DNA from: Oikopleura dioica
Lineage: Eukaryota > Animalia > Chordata
Length of the DNA: 64,000 nt
Assembly: GCA_907165135.1 (NCBI GenBank)
Contig: OU015569.1
Span: 9,300,001-9,364,000 of the forward strand
Reading direction: 5' to 3'
Each line of letters begins with the position of its first letter. Within the stretch, counting starts at the first letter, position 1. Shown in pieces: positions 12,501 to 24,949 of this stretch. The notes under the pieces were generated by a model. That model was not told the DNA's origin. It made no database searches and was given only the letters and a program-made list of their open reading frames with translations. Made by a program: the position numbers and the translations under genes.

Positions 12501-13814
12501 AAACTAAAGTTTTGTTAACTTTACTTTAGCTAATATTTATGTTTCAAACCTAGGAGAAGTAATTTTAATCGTATCCGGCAAAGGCGCTTTCATCCCAAAA
12601 CGAGAAATCGACTGGATAATTCCTTGCGCAACTGAAGTCGCATCTTCGATTCTATGTTGGACCAACGAAGGCGAGTGAAGTAGGAAAAAAATATTCAAGC
12701 TCTCAGAGTGGGCCTGAGAAAGTTGGTATCTGCCCTCTACAGCTCGCTTTGCTGACAAAAGCAAGAAGTCGGCCCTTCGTTTCTTCGTAACGGGGTTCAC
12801 TCTCATTCCTTCTTTGAAAGAAGCAAGAAGTTTTGCTTTCATCGCATCCATCGAACCAGCTTTGCCAACGAGTTGACGCTGAGCGAACTTCGTCATCTCG
12901 TCTTTACTCATAATGTCGAGCACTTCTTCGAATTTGATGTCTACCTTCTCGCAAAACTGCTTGATAATGCCCTTGTTGACGAGCACCTTATTAGAAGAGT
13001 TGAGAAAAGATATGTATTGATAGGTTACCTTGAAATCATCATCAAACGACTTTTTCAGTCGAGCTCGCCATCCTTGAGATCGAGCATACCATCTGAGAAC
13101 CTCATCGACAGCAGATGGATGGCAGGTATTTATCTTTTCGATACATTCCTGCGCAAACTCAGGAATAAGCGTCCATCGCCGCTGCCACTCTTCGTCATTG
13201 GATTTGAAGTCCTTGTAGACATTTCTGAAAAACGTATCTAGGGCAGATACAACTTCATCAGGCGTGCTGTCCTGGCTGCTATTTTGGACTTCCTCTGGAG
13301 CACGATCAACGGAATTAGTCTGCATAGCATCGTTCGGAATTTTTTGAACAGTGGTATCACCGGGACCGTCTCCAGTACTCGATGGAGGTGGGACTCCGTC
13401 ATCAGAGCTGGAAGGGGGATCATCAAATGACATTTCCATGGCCTCCGCTGGAGTCAATGCCTCAACCGATACTACTTCTATCTGATCGAGACCATCATTC
13501 GATTCCTCATAATCCATATCTTCAGGGGGCAGAGTGGCTGACGTGGAAGGCTGGTCCTCAACAGGGGGAGCTGAAGAGGTGCTTGGCTCATCATTCAAGC
13601 GCTTTCTTTTAGGCGTTTTAACAGCACGGATATTTTCTTTTGTATCCTTTTTTGGAGGGATCGGCAGTTCTACAGGCGTCTCGTTCTCAAGAGAAAGGTA
13701 CGCTTCAGGAGCGTTTTGTTCAGAGTTTCGCGTTCTAAGTGGCTTAAAAAGCCGATTCCAAGCCACTCGAGCTTCATGCCTGGGAGGTGATAGGTTCTTT
13801 CGTTTTTTTGGCAT
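9543..13814 (-). CDS. FAN1: FANCD2/FANCI-associated nuclease 1 (VRR-NUC)
   Basis: HAEGSLFSTIFSLLFHDII, RRGKLWIRLILNLQH, and SGMPDLIAW...FCEVKAPNDTLSYGQKLWL (PD-(D/E)XK VRR-NUC). Confidence 0.9.
10249..11755. mobile_element. Tc1/mariner-type MITE (about 175 bp of its own sequence) in a FAN1 intron, interrupted by a second element
   Basis: TA|CAGTGGCGTTT ... AAACGCCACTG|TA: TA TSD, CAGTG termini, and internal inverted GCGGTTTCCTCCCT. Confidence 0.85.
10320..11642. mobile_element. Mutator/foldback-like non-autonomous element nested in the Tc1-type MITE
   Basis: 9-bp TSD CTTTTTCTA (10311-10319, 11643-11651). Termini GGGGTTTCC...GGAAACCCC. Roughly 270-bp imperfect TIRs built from CCTTACATGGTACA repeats in both orientations. 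Confidence 0.9.
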
Positions 13815-15517
13815 AAAGAAGTCTTTTTGCAGAGTAAACTTTCTCTGAATAAATGTATTTGACGAATAAATCTATTAATGCTTTCTTATAAAACCATGAG
13901 ATGCATAATAGTAGTAAAACAGGGTTCATCGCATGTAAAAGGTTCGAAACCTGACTACTGTAACTATAACAGATAGATATACAGTGATTTTGATGAAAAA
14001 ATGTACAGTATTTTTCAAGTTGATTATAAATTATATTAACAAATGACGCAGCTTTGGTATTAAAGAAAAAGCTGCATGTAAGGTATATGCTGGCAATAAT
14101 TCGACAACGAAATAGTATTAAATGCTAGTAAGGAATGACTGGCTATTCTGTAGTAGTGGTAAGACTGTTTTAAATATACAATTGGTTAAATTTGGCGTCA
14201 ATATATATTTCAAAGATGTAAGTAAAGATATGATTTTCATATTTAGCAATTAAATATATTGTAAACTCAATTTCAGTTCAAGTACTCATATTGGTGTCAA
14301 TTGTAGCCCAACCGCAAGCGAAAGATAAAGGAACTTAGATATATTCAGGAATAGAAGATTGTGGGTCTCAAGAAATATGTAGATATATGCAGAGAAAGGG
14401 TAAATTTCGATCAAAAGAAGCGCGATGATAAATAATGATAAAAATCTATTAACACCGAACAATATTGCAATTATAAGCAAGGATACACTATATCACACAG
14501 TTCCGACAAAAAGCTGAGTAGACCAACTAAATGACTCGTATGTCTTGTTTCAAACAACAATCAATTTATAAACTCAGTGCTCGAATGCTTTGTGTTTCTT
14601 CCTAATCATGCTCCTCCAGTTTCAATCAGAACCAACGATTATTCAATAGTAATTTTTTACCGCGTTAAAATTATAAATCACTTGGTTAAAAACTTTGGAA
14701 TTCGTAAATTTTCTGGAAACTTCCAAATTTGATTTAGAACATTAAAAAACTTAAAACCTTTATGAGATCTTGACAACAAAGCAGGTCTCTTCTATGTCTT
14801 CCAGATTTTCGATTCAATTTTGACTGATATTGATAGATTCATCGCCAAGTAGATTCTTTAATCCCATAACAAAGTTTTCAAAACTAGAGCAAGGTAGATA
14901 TATAGTTAGGTATATTTTATTGATGCAGGAGGAAATGAACTGCATGTGCAGAAGATACCAGAAAGTTGAGGGGCAATCTCATAGCTGCAGCGTCGTAAGG
15001 TCACGATAATTAACGTGCCTCTTGACATATTCGTTATGGTAGAAAACCAAGTTCGATCAGATTTTCACCATGGGAAGCAAAAATAGATTGAGTACTCCGT
15101 CTTGTGAGTCTTTAAAAAGCAACAGACTATCAGTTTGTGTTCAGGCAAGACTTTATGATTCGATTGTTGTATTTACAAAAGATATATAAGGCCAAAAAGA
15201 GGTCTTATGCATCAGCTTTTGGTTGGTTTAATTTAATAAATTATTTAAGCAATGCAACTATATAACTATATGTAAGTCAGAGCTGTGAAAACAATAAGCA
15301 ATCTATCGTTTCATTTCAGGAATCAAGGAGATAGACTTTTGGATATTTTTGGTTCACTGCAGATCTTCATCACGGCAACTAAGAGTTATTCCAAGAGAGG
15401 ATAAAACCGCTGAATAAATTTCCATAAGTCTGATGAGCCGCCGAATGGTTCATTTAAGATGGATAGGTGTTCCTTAGCAAGGAATTTTGATAAACGCGTA
15501 GTTTTCAGGCTTCTTTG

Positions 15518-16834
15518 TTAGACAAGATTATATTCCCTAAGATTCGCTTGCAGGATCGTATCTTTCACCGCAGCGAAAACAAAGCGGATATTCTCGGTGT
15601 CGGTAGCACAAGTAAAGTGGGAATAGATGATTTTCTCGGGGTCTGGATTAAGCTCGACAAACATCCCCAGAATGAACTCGCGAGCAGCCGTGGGGTCGCG
15701 GTCGTTGCCGGGGTACTGAGGAAAGTATGTCCGCAGGTGACTCGTCTGGATTTTTCCTCCAAAAGGTCCTTCTTGTTAAGGAATAAAATAACCGACGACT
15801 GATTAGGGTCTCAACTCGATACTAGATAAGGTTGATGAGTTGCAATGGTGTGAGACCGCGCCTGTTGAAAATATGGGTATTCTACAATATGTTGAAATAG
15901 GGTCTTGGATTCTTCCATTCTATTTTGACTGCTGTCTTCTGCTAGCACTTGGTCATACTCTGACAAGGCAACAAGGAACATGATTGAAGTCACGTGCTCG
16001 AAGCAATGAATCCATTTGCGACGTTCAGACTTCTGCCCTCCAACGTCGACCATTCGAAAAACGATCGATTCGAGGTCTGATTAACGGCTCATAAATTGTT
16101 CTAGTAAAACTACCAGAGAAAAATATGGAAGGACTAGATAATTTAGAGCCGTGGCAAATGGGTACTCTAGAATTCCAGTTGTGGGAACTCGAACACGAAG
16201 CATGTCTTCGTCTGTAGGAAAGTAATCTATCCTCGATATTCTATCGAGTTGGGAAAGGAAGAAGTGAGTTGAGTCTGATAATTGAAATTCTCGGCGTCTC
16301 TCGTAGCAAGCTCGGACTCCGTTGTCCCGCCAAAAGGTGCCGATTCTGTTCACAGAAGGATAGAATGCAGAGTGGGTGCTGATATCTCGAACACTTATTT
16401 CTGACAGCAATCGCGCCGCCTCGATATTTTCAGCGCGCTCGTACTCAATTTGAAGCTGAAAGAAAGACTAGAATCCAAAAGCCTAAAAATGGCCGAACCT
16501 GATGCATTGCTTTGATAAGGTTCTGTACGGATGTGAAGATATTTTGGTAAATGTACTTGAGTCCGTGTTTCTTGTCATCGTCAGAAAACCCATTGCCATG
16601 GATGATCTTCATTTGCTTGATGAAAGTACTTTTCCCTGACTCTCCTGTTCCGAGCAAAAGAAGCTTCAGCTCTTTTCTGAAACGCGAAGGTGAGAGCAGG
16701 CGTGACTTTGAAAGGACTCACCTAGCATCACGCTTTTGCTTCTTTATTTCCCTTTCAATTTGTTTGTTGATTTCAGCAGCGACTAGGCTCTCGTCAGAAG
16801 CGCAACAGACAAATTTTTGAAGGAATGAACACAT
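15518..16834 (-). CDS. GNAQ: Heterotrimeric G protein alpha subunit, Gq class
   Basis: [43 protein letters not shown]-terminus NLREYNLV. Confidence 0.92.
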
Positions 16835-17048
16835 TGTGTTTAGATCTTGGACGATGCTCGATGATTGAATCTGGTTGCTTATGCCATTCGGCAAAGGCAA
16901 AGGAACGGGTCGGTATAGCCTTCCCAGTCTAAAAACAAAGTTCATAGCGTGATTTGGAAAAGAGGGAATGTAGAAAAATATATTAAAAAGGCTGCAAAAA
17001 TATTCAATCATAAAAAAGGTAAAAAGGAGTTGGGAGAAGTGCACGCGC

Positions 17049-19838
17049 TTAAAAATCGTCGTCGTCGAAGCCAGGCTCCATCATATGGTCGCTGATTGAG
17101 TCGTCGTCGTCGCCAGACATATCCTCGTCGTCGTCATCTTCATCATCATCGTTACTTTCGTCTTCGTCGTTTTCTGAGCTCTTGTTTCGATAGAACTTTT
17201 TGTCAAGCAAAATGTCGTCGTCGCTCTCGATGCTGATTTCGTCTTCTTCGTCAAAGTGCTGACGAAAGTAACAAATCTTGATTTTCTTTTTGTTCAGTAA
17301 ATGTTACCTCTAATCCCGGAGCTTCTAATCCAATAGGCTCATGGCTGCTAATTTCTGTATTGATTAGGCCGGAATCTTCCTAAAAACAATACTCAAACGA
17401 GCGCGAAGAAAAATGGCTATGTTCACCTCTGCTTCTTCAGCTAGTTTCTGCTCTTCGTACAGCGACTCTAAATATACCGCATTTCTGAACTAAACAGGGC
17501 TCTTTCATTTTATTAGATAACTCGTTCGGGCTATTTATGTTGCCTTAATTCTATAATCTCTTCATATAGGATGCCATGCAGTGGCGTGTATATACACTTT
17601 ATACCTTTCAATATATGTATACGAATACGCATCGAGTGTTGTCTACTCTCAACAAGCCTACTCTTTACTCTACTCACAGTGATAACTTTTTACGGCGCCG
17701 AAGAAAGAAAAATATTTTTCGATATTGTTCGAGTTTTTTACGGCGGCAAATTGTTTTTGTTAAAATAAATCTACTTGGGCGGCTATTTGGTTCATTTTCT
17801 CGACGAAACGAGCCACATTAGAGATCATCATCGCAATAAAAAGTGTATTGATTATATGTGAACCATATCGGCTCTATAATATGGCGGAAGTGCTGATAGG
17901 ACTTTTCGAAAACTGCCAATCGATTGATTCGGCCATAAATTAAAGCATAAAATACTCAATAAGTCATCTAATGCGAATAGAAGAGCCTCTGCCTTTACAA
18001 CATATTCATCGTAAAGTATCTTCAGATCGGCTTGGATTTCGTCGAGTTCATCCTGGTAAGCAGGGCTGGGATAGCGCGAATAGCAAGGGTAATCTTCTGA
18101 TGTAAATATTTACCGTAATTGCATCATTTGTCGGAGACGCTTTTCAGCTCGCTCGATCTCTGACTTCTTCTTGTCGATCTTCGCCTTAATACTGCTGTCA
18201 GTTTTGAGGAAATTAAACGCGCCGAGTATGAATTGATAAAAGCTGACGAAATCGGAAGTACCTGGACCGTTGCCTCGTCGCCAGTAACCGAGTTGACTTT
18301 CTTGGTCGCGGAATCGGACACTTTGTCCGCTGCAGCAGCCGCTTCTTTCAACGCCTTTAAAAGATCTCTCAAAAATGCGAGCACATAAGGCGGCAACAAA
18401 ACTAATAATATCTCTGAGCGACTAACCACATAATTTGACAAGGATGTCTGACACGTGGACAAGTGTCTCTTTTTAATGCCCGAGAAAGTAATTCAAGCAA
18501 CGAGCTGAACTATTCAATGGCTTAGAGTTTTTTCACATTTTTACGAGGGGTTTGAGTCTAATTCCGCCTTAGAGCGAGACCCTGCCTTTTCAATAGTGGA
18601 GAGTTCCATGTGCTTCGCCAAGATCTGCTGTCTGCTTCCTCTCAATCTAAAACGCGGCTCAGCATCTTTGGCTCCCTCAATATAAAAAACGTCTATTCAA
18701 TTCTTCTTATTCTATTTTGCCTAGTAGTTGGGGCACGGTTGGGGGCTCATACTACGTGATTTTATTGGCTTTAGATAAGTGATCGTCGAAGGGCAAGTCC
18801 AACAAACGCATAAACGTGCCCTAGGGAAAACACACTGTGTTGAGCCGCGCGTGCCTAACCTCAGCGTTAAGTGCTTCGTACAAATTCGCTCCCGATCTGG
18901 ACATGTTTGCCACTCGCTCTCTACAGAAGACATGTAAACAAAAGCAACATTTTTTCGCACAAAGGGTTTAGCATTTTTGTTTCCTTGCCTGAGCTCTTTT
19001 ATAGTCGCATGGGAAATGGTTCCTTCCAGCGAATGGCCAAGCTTATTCCCATCGATTGGTGGGGTCTGGATCGCTATAAAATGTAACTTGAATTTGTACC
19101 CAAATCAACATCAGCTCGAGGCACCAGTGTCTCTTCAAGAGCCCTTGCCAGCTCAAAATATCGTTAGGCGCTCCAAAAAAGGTGAATCGAGCGCGCCAAC
19201 TGGTAATATGAGAACTGAAGCTTCGCGCAAATAGAGCTCGATCGATTATTATACCTTCGACCAAAATGCTGATTAACTTGAGCAACTCCTTTACCGCATA
19301 TCCGTCCGCTAGATACAGTCGTTTTGTATTGAGTCGAATGTGCTTCGAATTGGATGCTACATTAACAAAATCTACACATTTAGAGTAAACATTCAAGTTT
19401 AGCTTTAGAGAGAGAGCAATAAATAAATAACCTCATCCCCACCTCACCGCGAAACTCTTTCTTATCTAATTTAGCGTCCGTTCCTGCTTGGTGAGAAAAG
19501 TATTCGCGACGAATTTGATAAGAGCCACGCGATCGTGTTCGGTATCAATTTTTTTCTGTTCAAGAGTGACCATTTTCTCCTTCTATTTCTCTCAATTTTA
19601 ACGTCTCTGGCGACTTAATAAAAAGATCAAACTTTCCGGAATCATTGCTCGTGGTTCGTATATTTCTGTCAGCCAAATGAGAAGATCTTCGATTCATATG
19701 TAAGTATTTTTATATCCTAGCGAAATTACCAGCAGTGAGAGAGAAATTAGATTCGCGGAAGGAGTCCATTGAGACGATTCGAGGGTATCCCAGCATTCGC
19801 AAGTTTTCTGTCAGTAGCCGCAACTCTCGATAAGACAT
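17049..19838 (-). CDS. CLUAP1: Clusterin-associated protein 1 / IFT38
   Basis: MSYRELRLLTENLRMLGYPRIVSMDSFR, HIRLNTKRLYLADGYAVKELLK, acidic C-terminal tail. Many GA/GC-AG introns. Confidence 0.9.
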
Positions 19839-20441
19839 TCTACTACGTTCGGAAAGTGAGTTCTCTCGAGTGGGAAATAAAGCGGGGCGAAATTGAGTGA
19901 CTGGGGCAAACGCCAGTGAGCCCAGCGAGCCACAATAAATGTTTTCTCCGTAGTTGGTTAAAATAGAGGTTGAATCTGAAACAGCAAAAGCTGGGCTCTA
20001 ATCAATATCACAACGTAGGCGCTTGCTGAATGAAAAAAAAAAAGATATTGAATAATTATGCGCGCGGACTAAATATGAATAACGACAGCAAGTGTTGGAC
20101 TCAGGGACGGCGTTCACAATTTGTCTTCATTTTCTTCTAAACCGTCGCAAACAAATCCACAAAAAACATCTGTAGCTTTTCCGAGCGGCTCTGCGCTCGA
20201 GTGGCCGAGTCAAGTGTTTGAACTTGGAGATATTTACTCCCCAAATGATAAGTTATTTTTTTACGAAATTAGCATCGCGCGCAATCGCGCAAATTAATTA
20301 ACGCAACATTTACCGAGGTGGATTTATTTTGACTATAGTCGCCGCTCAAAATGAACTGGGGGAACGTCTTTAATACATTAGAGTCGGCGGAAAAGCAGTG
20401 TCTGATAAGAGCGGCAAAAGGCAAACTAATTAGTTATTCAT

Positions 20442-21788
20442 CTAGCTAGCGACTGGCTCGAACTCAGAGGCAGTCAACTTTGGACGCCAAAATAGCGATG
20501 AAAAAGAATCTGTTAGGGCGCGGCGAAGACCAAGTTCAGCGGTGTAACCAGAAGCCATATGAGAGTCGGAGGGTTGTCTAATAGCTCCGGTGTATCCTAA
20601 ATTAGTTATTATATTGGGCCACAATCTCGAAAACAGTCATGGCCGTCTTATTTACGTAAAACGTTTAAAGGCAATCAGTCTGTCTACCTAATTAATTAAG
20701 CTTTAATCAATAATAATCAGATCATAAAGCACGCTGATCTCGAACTCAGCAAGATGATTTCTTAAAGGGGCATTTTATGGGTCCTCACCGGCTTTGAAGA
20801 GTTCTTCGGATGATGGAACTGGAACGCCGTCGTTACTAAATACGATTGGCTCATATTTGTAGGACTCAGTTTTCTTTTCTTCGTTTGCCGTGAACGAAAC
20901 TGTCGTCTCTACTACATCTTCACGATTAATGATTTTTTCTTTGAATTTGATGATGGAAGAAATGTCTTCCCCGGCTTCAAGCTTCTTCAGCAGCTAAAAA
21001 GTCATCTAATGCAAAAATAACGATGACTGAGGACAACTTACGAGTTGCTCTTCTCTCAGTCTCTTTAACTTGTTCTCTTGTTCCACTATCGCTGATTTCA
21101 TTTTCGCATCTTCAATGTTTCGCTTTTCAAGATTGATCTGTTCGTTAACAGTCGCACGCTCTTTGTCCTTTAATTGGGCTCACGCATCTAAACTAATCTT
21201 GATTGGCGTTATTAATTCCTCATTTGAAACATCTCAGGTGAGTGAAGCTTCGAGCCCATGGCCGTTTTGCCGAGTTTCGCTTGATGTCGCTTTGGTTGTC
21301 TCTTTTGTATTTTTCAAGGGCATCAAGCGCGCATGGTTTGTTCTCCATTAACCCTATAATTATATCTTCGATCTCTTCGAGATAGTTATTGTAGTCGAAC
21401 TCAGAGCTTAAAGAACGCCTTAGATTTTGCGAGGTCACTGAAAAGCGCACCTGAACTCCTCAGCTCTGCGATTGTACACTTTCAGAACTAAATAGGGCCG
21501 TCTACGGACACTTCAAAGAATGGGATCTATTTTTTATGAAAAAAAGACCGAGCCTTTCTTCCGCAAGTGCACTTCACGGTCGATCATCGGGTCGTCAAAC
21601 AACTGAACTCTGAAGCTGGATCTCTTCAGATTCACGCCACAATCATAGCACGGCGCCTGTCCACGCGCGTACTGTAAGTTCACACAAGACTCGCACAACG
21701 AGTGCCCACAGTTGTTCACCATCAGCTTCATCGATGGATTTCGGTAAGATGTAGTTTTACAGCGTGGACAGGTACGTTCTCTGACCAT
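20442..21788 (-). CDS. MNAT1: CDK-activating kinase assembly factor MAT1
   Basis: [34 protein letters not shown]-terminus [21 protein letters not shown]. Confidence 0.93.
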
Positions 21789-21960
21789 TTTAGACTTCTG
21801 AAAAAATAGACTCAATGCTAAAGTCGGAATGCTGGCAGCGCAATTATTGCACTTAAAAAATGAATCACCTGAACTGTGCTACAGAAATTATCTAAGTGAA
21901 TGGAACTACAACTGTGCGGAATATAAATCAGAAGAATTAAAGGGCTGTTCATCAAAATAG

Positions 21961-24731
21961 TTAGTCTTTGAGAATCGCGTTTCTGATAACTGGATTCTCT
22001 TTCAGAATTCTTGTGGCTTCTGCAACTGTTTGAGCTCTGGAATATTTTAAATACAAATCGAATAGCCAGTTTTAGACACCTGTTTGAAGACAAAAGAATC
22101 GCTCGTGGTATAATATTGTTCATAGGAGTGGCCTTTTTGATGTGGAAAGTCTCTTCCTCGTTCAAAAGCGCATCTTGCACAAGATAGAGAAAGTAAAATT
22201 TACTGTTTGAAATTACTAGATTATTCTATCCGATCCAGGAAGGTTGTCCGTATCGTGGATTACTTTCAAGATCGAGGTGAACGCCACATCTTTTTTGCAA
22301 CTGGCGAATGTTTCAACGATCCCAGTTCCTCGCTCGAGCAACTTCGAGTTGGAAACTTTGACATCAATCATTCGGTTCTTAGCGACCTTGCCTTGGTATG
22401 GTTATCTAACGATCAAGTTAAACTTGGAAGCAAAAGTTTTAGATGACTATTCCTTTGAGAACATGGCCACCAGTAGAGCCCGCATTCAAAATGAGCTTGA
22501 ACTGGAGATGACGAACGAATTGCTGAAGCAACTTGATTAACGACGAAGCTCCTTTCAGCTCAGTCAGTTGGGCGTCAGCTTGATCGAATAGTAGGAACGA
22601 TAAGCTCATCGGGTTATCTTCTGGCGTTGATTCGTCTTGGATTGTAAGACATTCGCCAGATATCTTTCGTCTTAATGCCTCTGTAGCTTTGGAGAATTCG
22701 TCGCTCTCAGAAACATTCACAATAACGTGGAGATTTTCGTCGCTTTGAGTCCTTTCACTGCAGTCATTAAATGAGATTTTAGTCTCATCGATGTCTTTGG
22801 TGAAAGATTCGAGACTCTCTCTATTGTCCATAACTTCCCAGCCTTTAAAAATAAATCCTCTGACATCGTCAAATCGCGATCCGTAAGTCGGTGGACACTC
22901 GCTCGCATCGATGAGCCCAAGGACACCAAACTCTTCTTCCGCCAAATACCTGACGGAAGCATCCAATTTAAGACTTTTACCAAAATGGTCAATCAATTTC
23001 GCGAGACTCGATGAATTTTTCACTTAATTTTATTGTGAAAAACATGAATAAAAACAAAACATTATGTTATAAATATCGTATTATGGTCTTACCATAAAGA
23101 TCAGAGATTGCTTGACCGAACGCCCCCACGATTTCTTCCACGACTTTCGCCGTGAGTGGAATTTTATCAAAATTGGCTGCCAATGACGCTAGAAAGGCCG
23201 AATGGAGCGAAATTAATGTACCGGAACCGCCTTTCATTCGGGAACTTCCAGAGATGGTTTCGCCGCCCATGACAGGTGTAACGACGATTCCCTTTTTGGA
23301 TTCTTTCACCCTGCGCGCAATGTCCCTGAAGTTTGGCCGGGCAAGTTCGACAGGATTATGCCCAATTAATATAACTGCCGAGTAGTCATCTTCGTTCAAA
23401 GCTTTCTCTAGCTGCCCTTTGACGTACGGTGCAGAGAGACCACAGGTAATACCAACGAAAACAGCCTTGCCATCCGGCTTATATTTTTGTGACTTTGCAA
23501 AACTCTATCCAGGTCAGAAGCACCTAGCGCAGGCTGATCTTCGGCGAGCTCCTGCGAAACAAACAAAGCAGCATCACCACCAGCCATTAAATATTCAAAG
23601 CTTGCTTCTTTCGAAAACTCACGTCGCAAAATTCTATTGAATATTCTGGTACAAAAGAAAGCTAGTCGACCAGACGTCCCACAACCTCCAAGAACGATTT
23701 TATCGCCGCGAAGAATGGTCTGTGCGAAAGTATCTGCCATCGCGGTCAGACTTTGAATCACTTCCGTCGATTCGAAAGACGGATATCTAGGCTTACCGGA
23801 CTGAAATTCGGCCAATTTTTCTAGGGTAGTCGGGGGGTCCTTTGACACATATTTGGAATTCTCAAAAGCTGGGCTTTCATTTGAGCCCAAAATCAAGGGG
23901 TCTGGGTCATGCCTGAAAGCCAAATTTTGGAACCGGAAGTTCCCAAATAGGCACTAGAACTCTTCGATCGATATTTTCGATGGGTTTGAGATCTCAAGAG
24001 CAATGGAAAGTAGATGAATAGAAAGTGTAGACTCTGAGCTTTCTTTAGAGCCATTAAAATCTTGCCGCCCTTGGGTTGAACGCCCTCTAGTGGCCAGAGA
24101 ACTTGGAAATATGGGTATTTTTCGACAGAAACTCGGAAAAAATGAGAAAAAACCTCCAAGATCAACCGTGATTCAATTTTCTTAGACTTATTTATTGTTT
24201 ACAGTTATTTAAGAAACGAAATAAGTAGGTTTAGAATTCGAAAATTTTGAGTCGAAACCTGAAGTTTCCAGACTAAAACACTGCCGAGGTCAACTTCTAG
24301 GACCACTAGAGGGCGCTAGACCAACGGGCGGCAAAATTTTATTGGCTCTTAAGAAAGCTCAGAGTCTAAGCTTTCAATTTCACCTATTTTTCAAAGCTCT
24401 AGATATCCCAAACCCATCGTAAAAACCGGTAGAAGAGTTCTTGTCCCGAATTTGGAACTTCCGGTCCCATAATTTGCCTTCCGGGCATGACCCAAACCCC
24501 TTGATATGGTGCCCAAATGAAAGCCCAGCTTCTGGGCTTTCTAACACTGTATCATATGACCCCCAACTAAGCTAGAAATATGGGCCGAAATTTAGTCCGG
24601 TAAGCCTACGGATATCCTTCCCATCCCTTTATTATTTCACTGTCAACTTTCTGTAGAATATCAACGATTCCTGCACTTTCCGCAATGTCAATATCATCGG
24701 AAAGAGGATTGAATGCTTCAGTCGGACGCAT
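21961..24731 (-). CDS. GCKR: Glucokinase regulatory protein-like (SIS domains); first intron formed by a transposon; apparent frameshift near 23485
   Basis: GGCGTSGRLAF, AGGDAAL, GITCGLSAPYV, ETISGSSRMKGGSGT, KLILNAGSTGGHVLKGK..NRMIDVKVSNSKL. Confidence 0.85.
23788..24608. mobile_element. hAT-like non-autonomous element (821 bp) inserted in GCKR coding sequence
   Basis: 8-bp TSD CGGATATC (23780-23787, 24609-24616). Termini TAGGCTTACCGGACT...AGTCCGGTAAGCCTA. About 320-bp imperfect TIRs. Confidence 0.93.
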
Positions 24732-24949
24732 GCTAAAGTAAACAAGGCTAGAATCTCTTTTAAATTCACACTGTTTTCTAAAAATGGCAGTGAATAAATG
24801 GATGCTAAATGGAGGATGGCAATGGACGTAATTTCTATTGTTCAGTTTCTTTCGCTTTCTTTGCTGGCTGATCGGCTTCACTCTTTGTATCCGTCTTTAT
24901 TTTTCGTTTGGCCTGATTAAAACTTTATATTTATTCTTCATCGAAACCG

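Noticed and set aside
13860-15510. Hidden gene in the long AT-rich gap
   Set aside because: No credible ORF, repeat or RNA motif. Best explained as the Gq 3' UTR or intergenic DNA.
19895-19915. RFX X-box upstream of the ciliary gene CLUAP1
   Set aside because: GTGACTGGGGCAAAC is only a loose match and cannot be supported without conservation data.
22244-22540. Plus-strand 98-aa ORF
   Set aside because: Antisense to GCKR C-terminal exons, no recognisable product.
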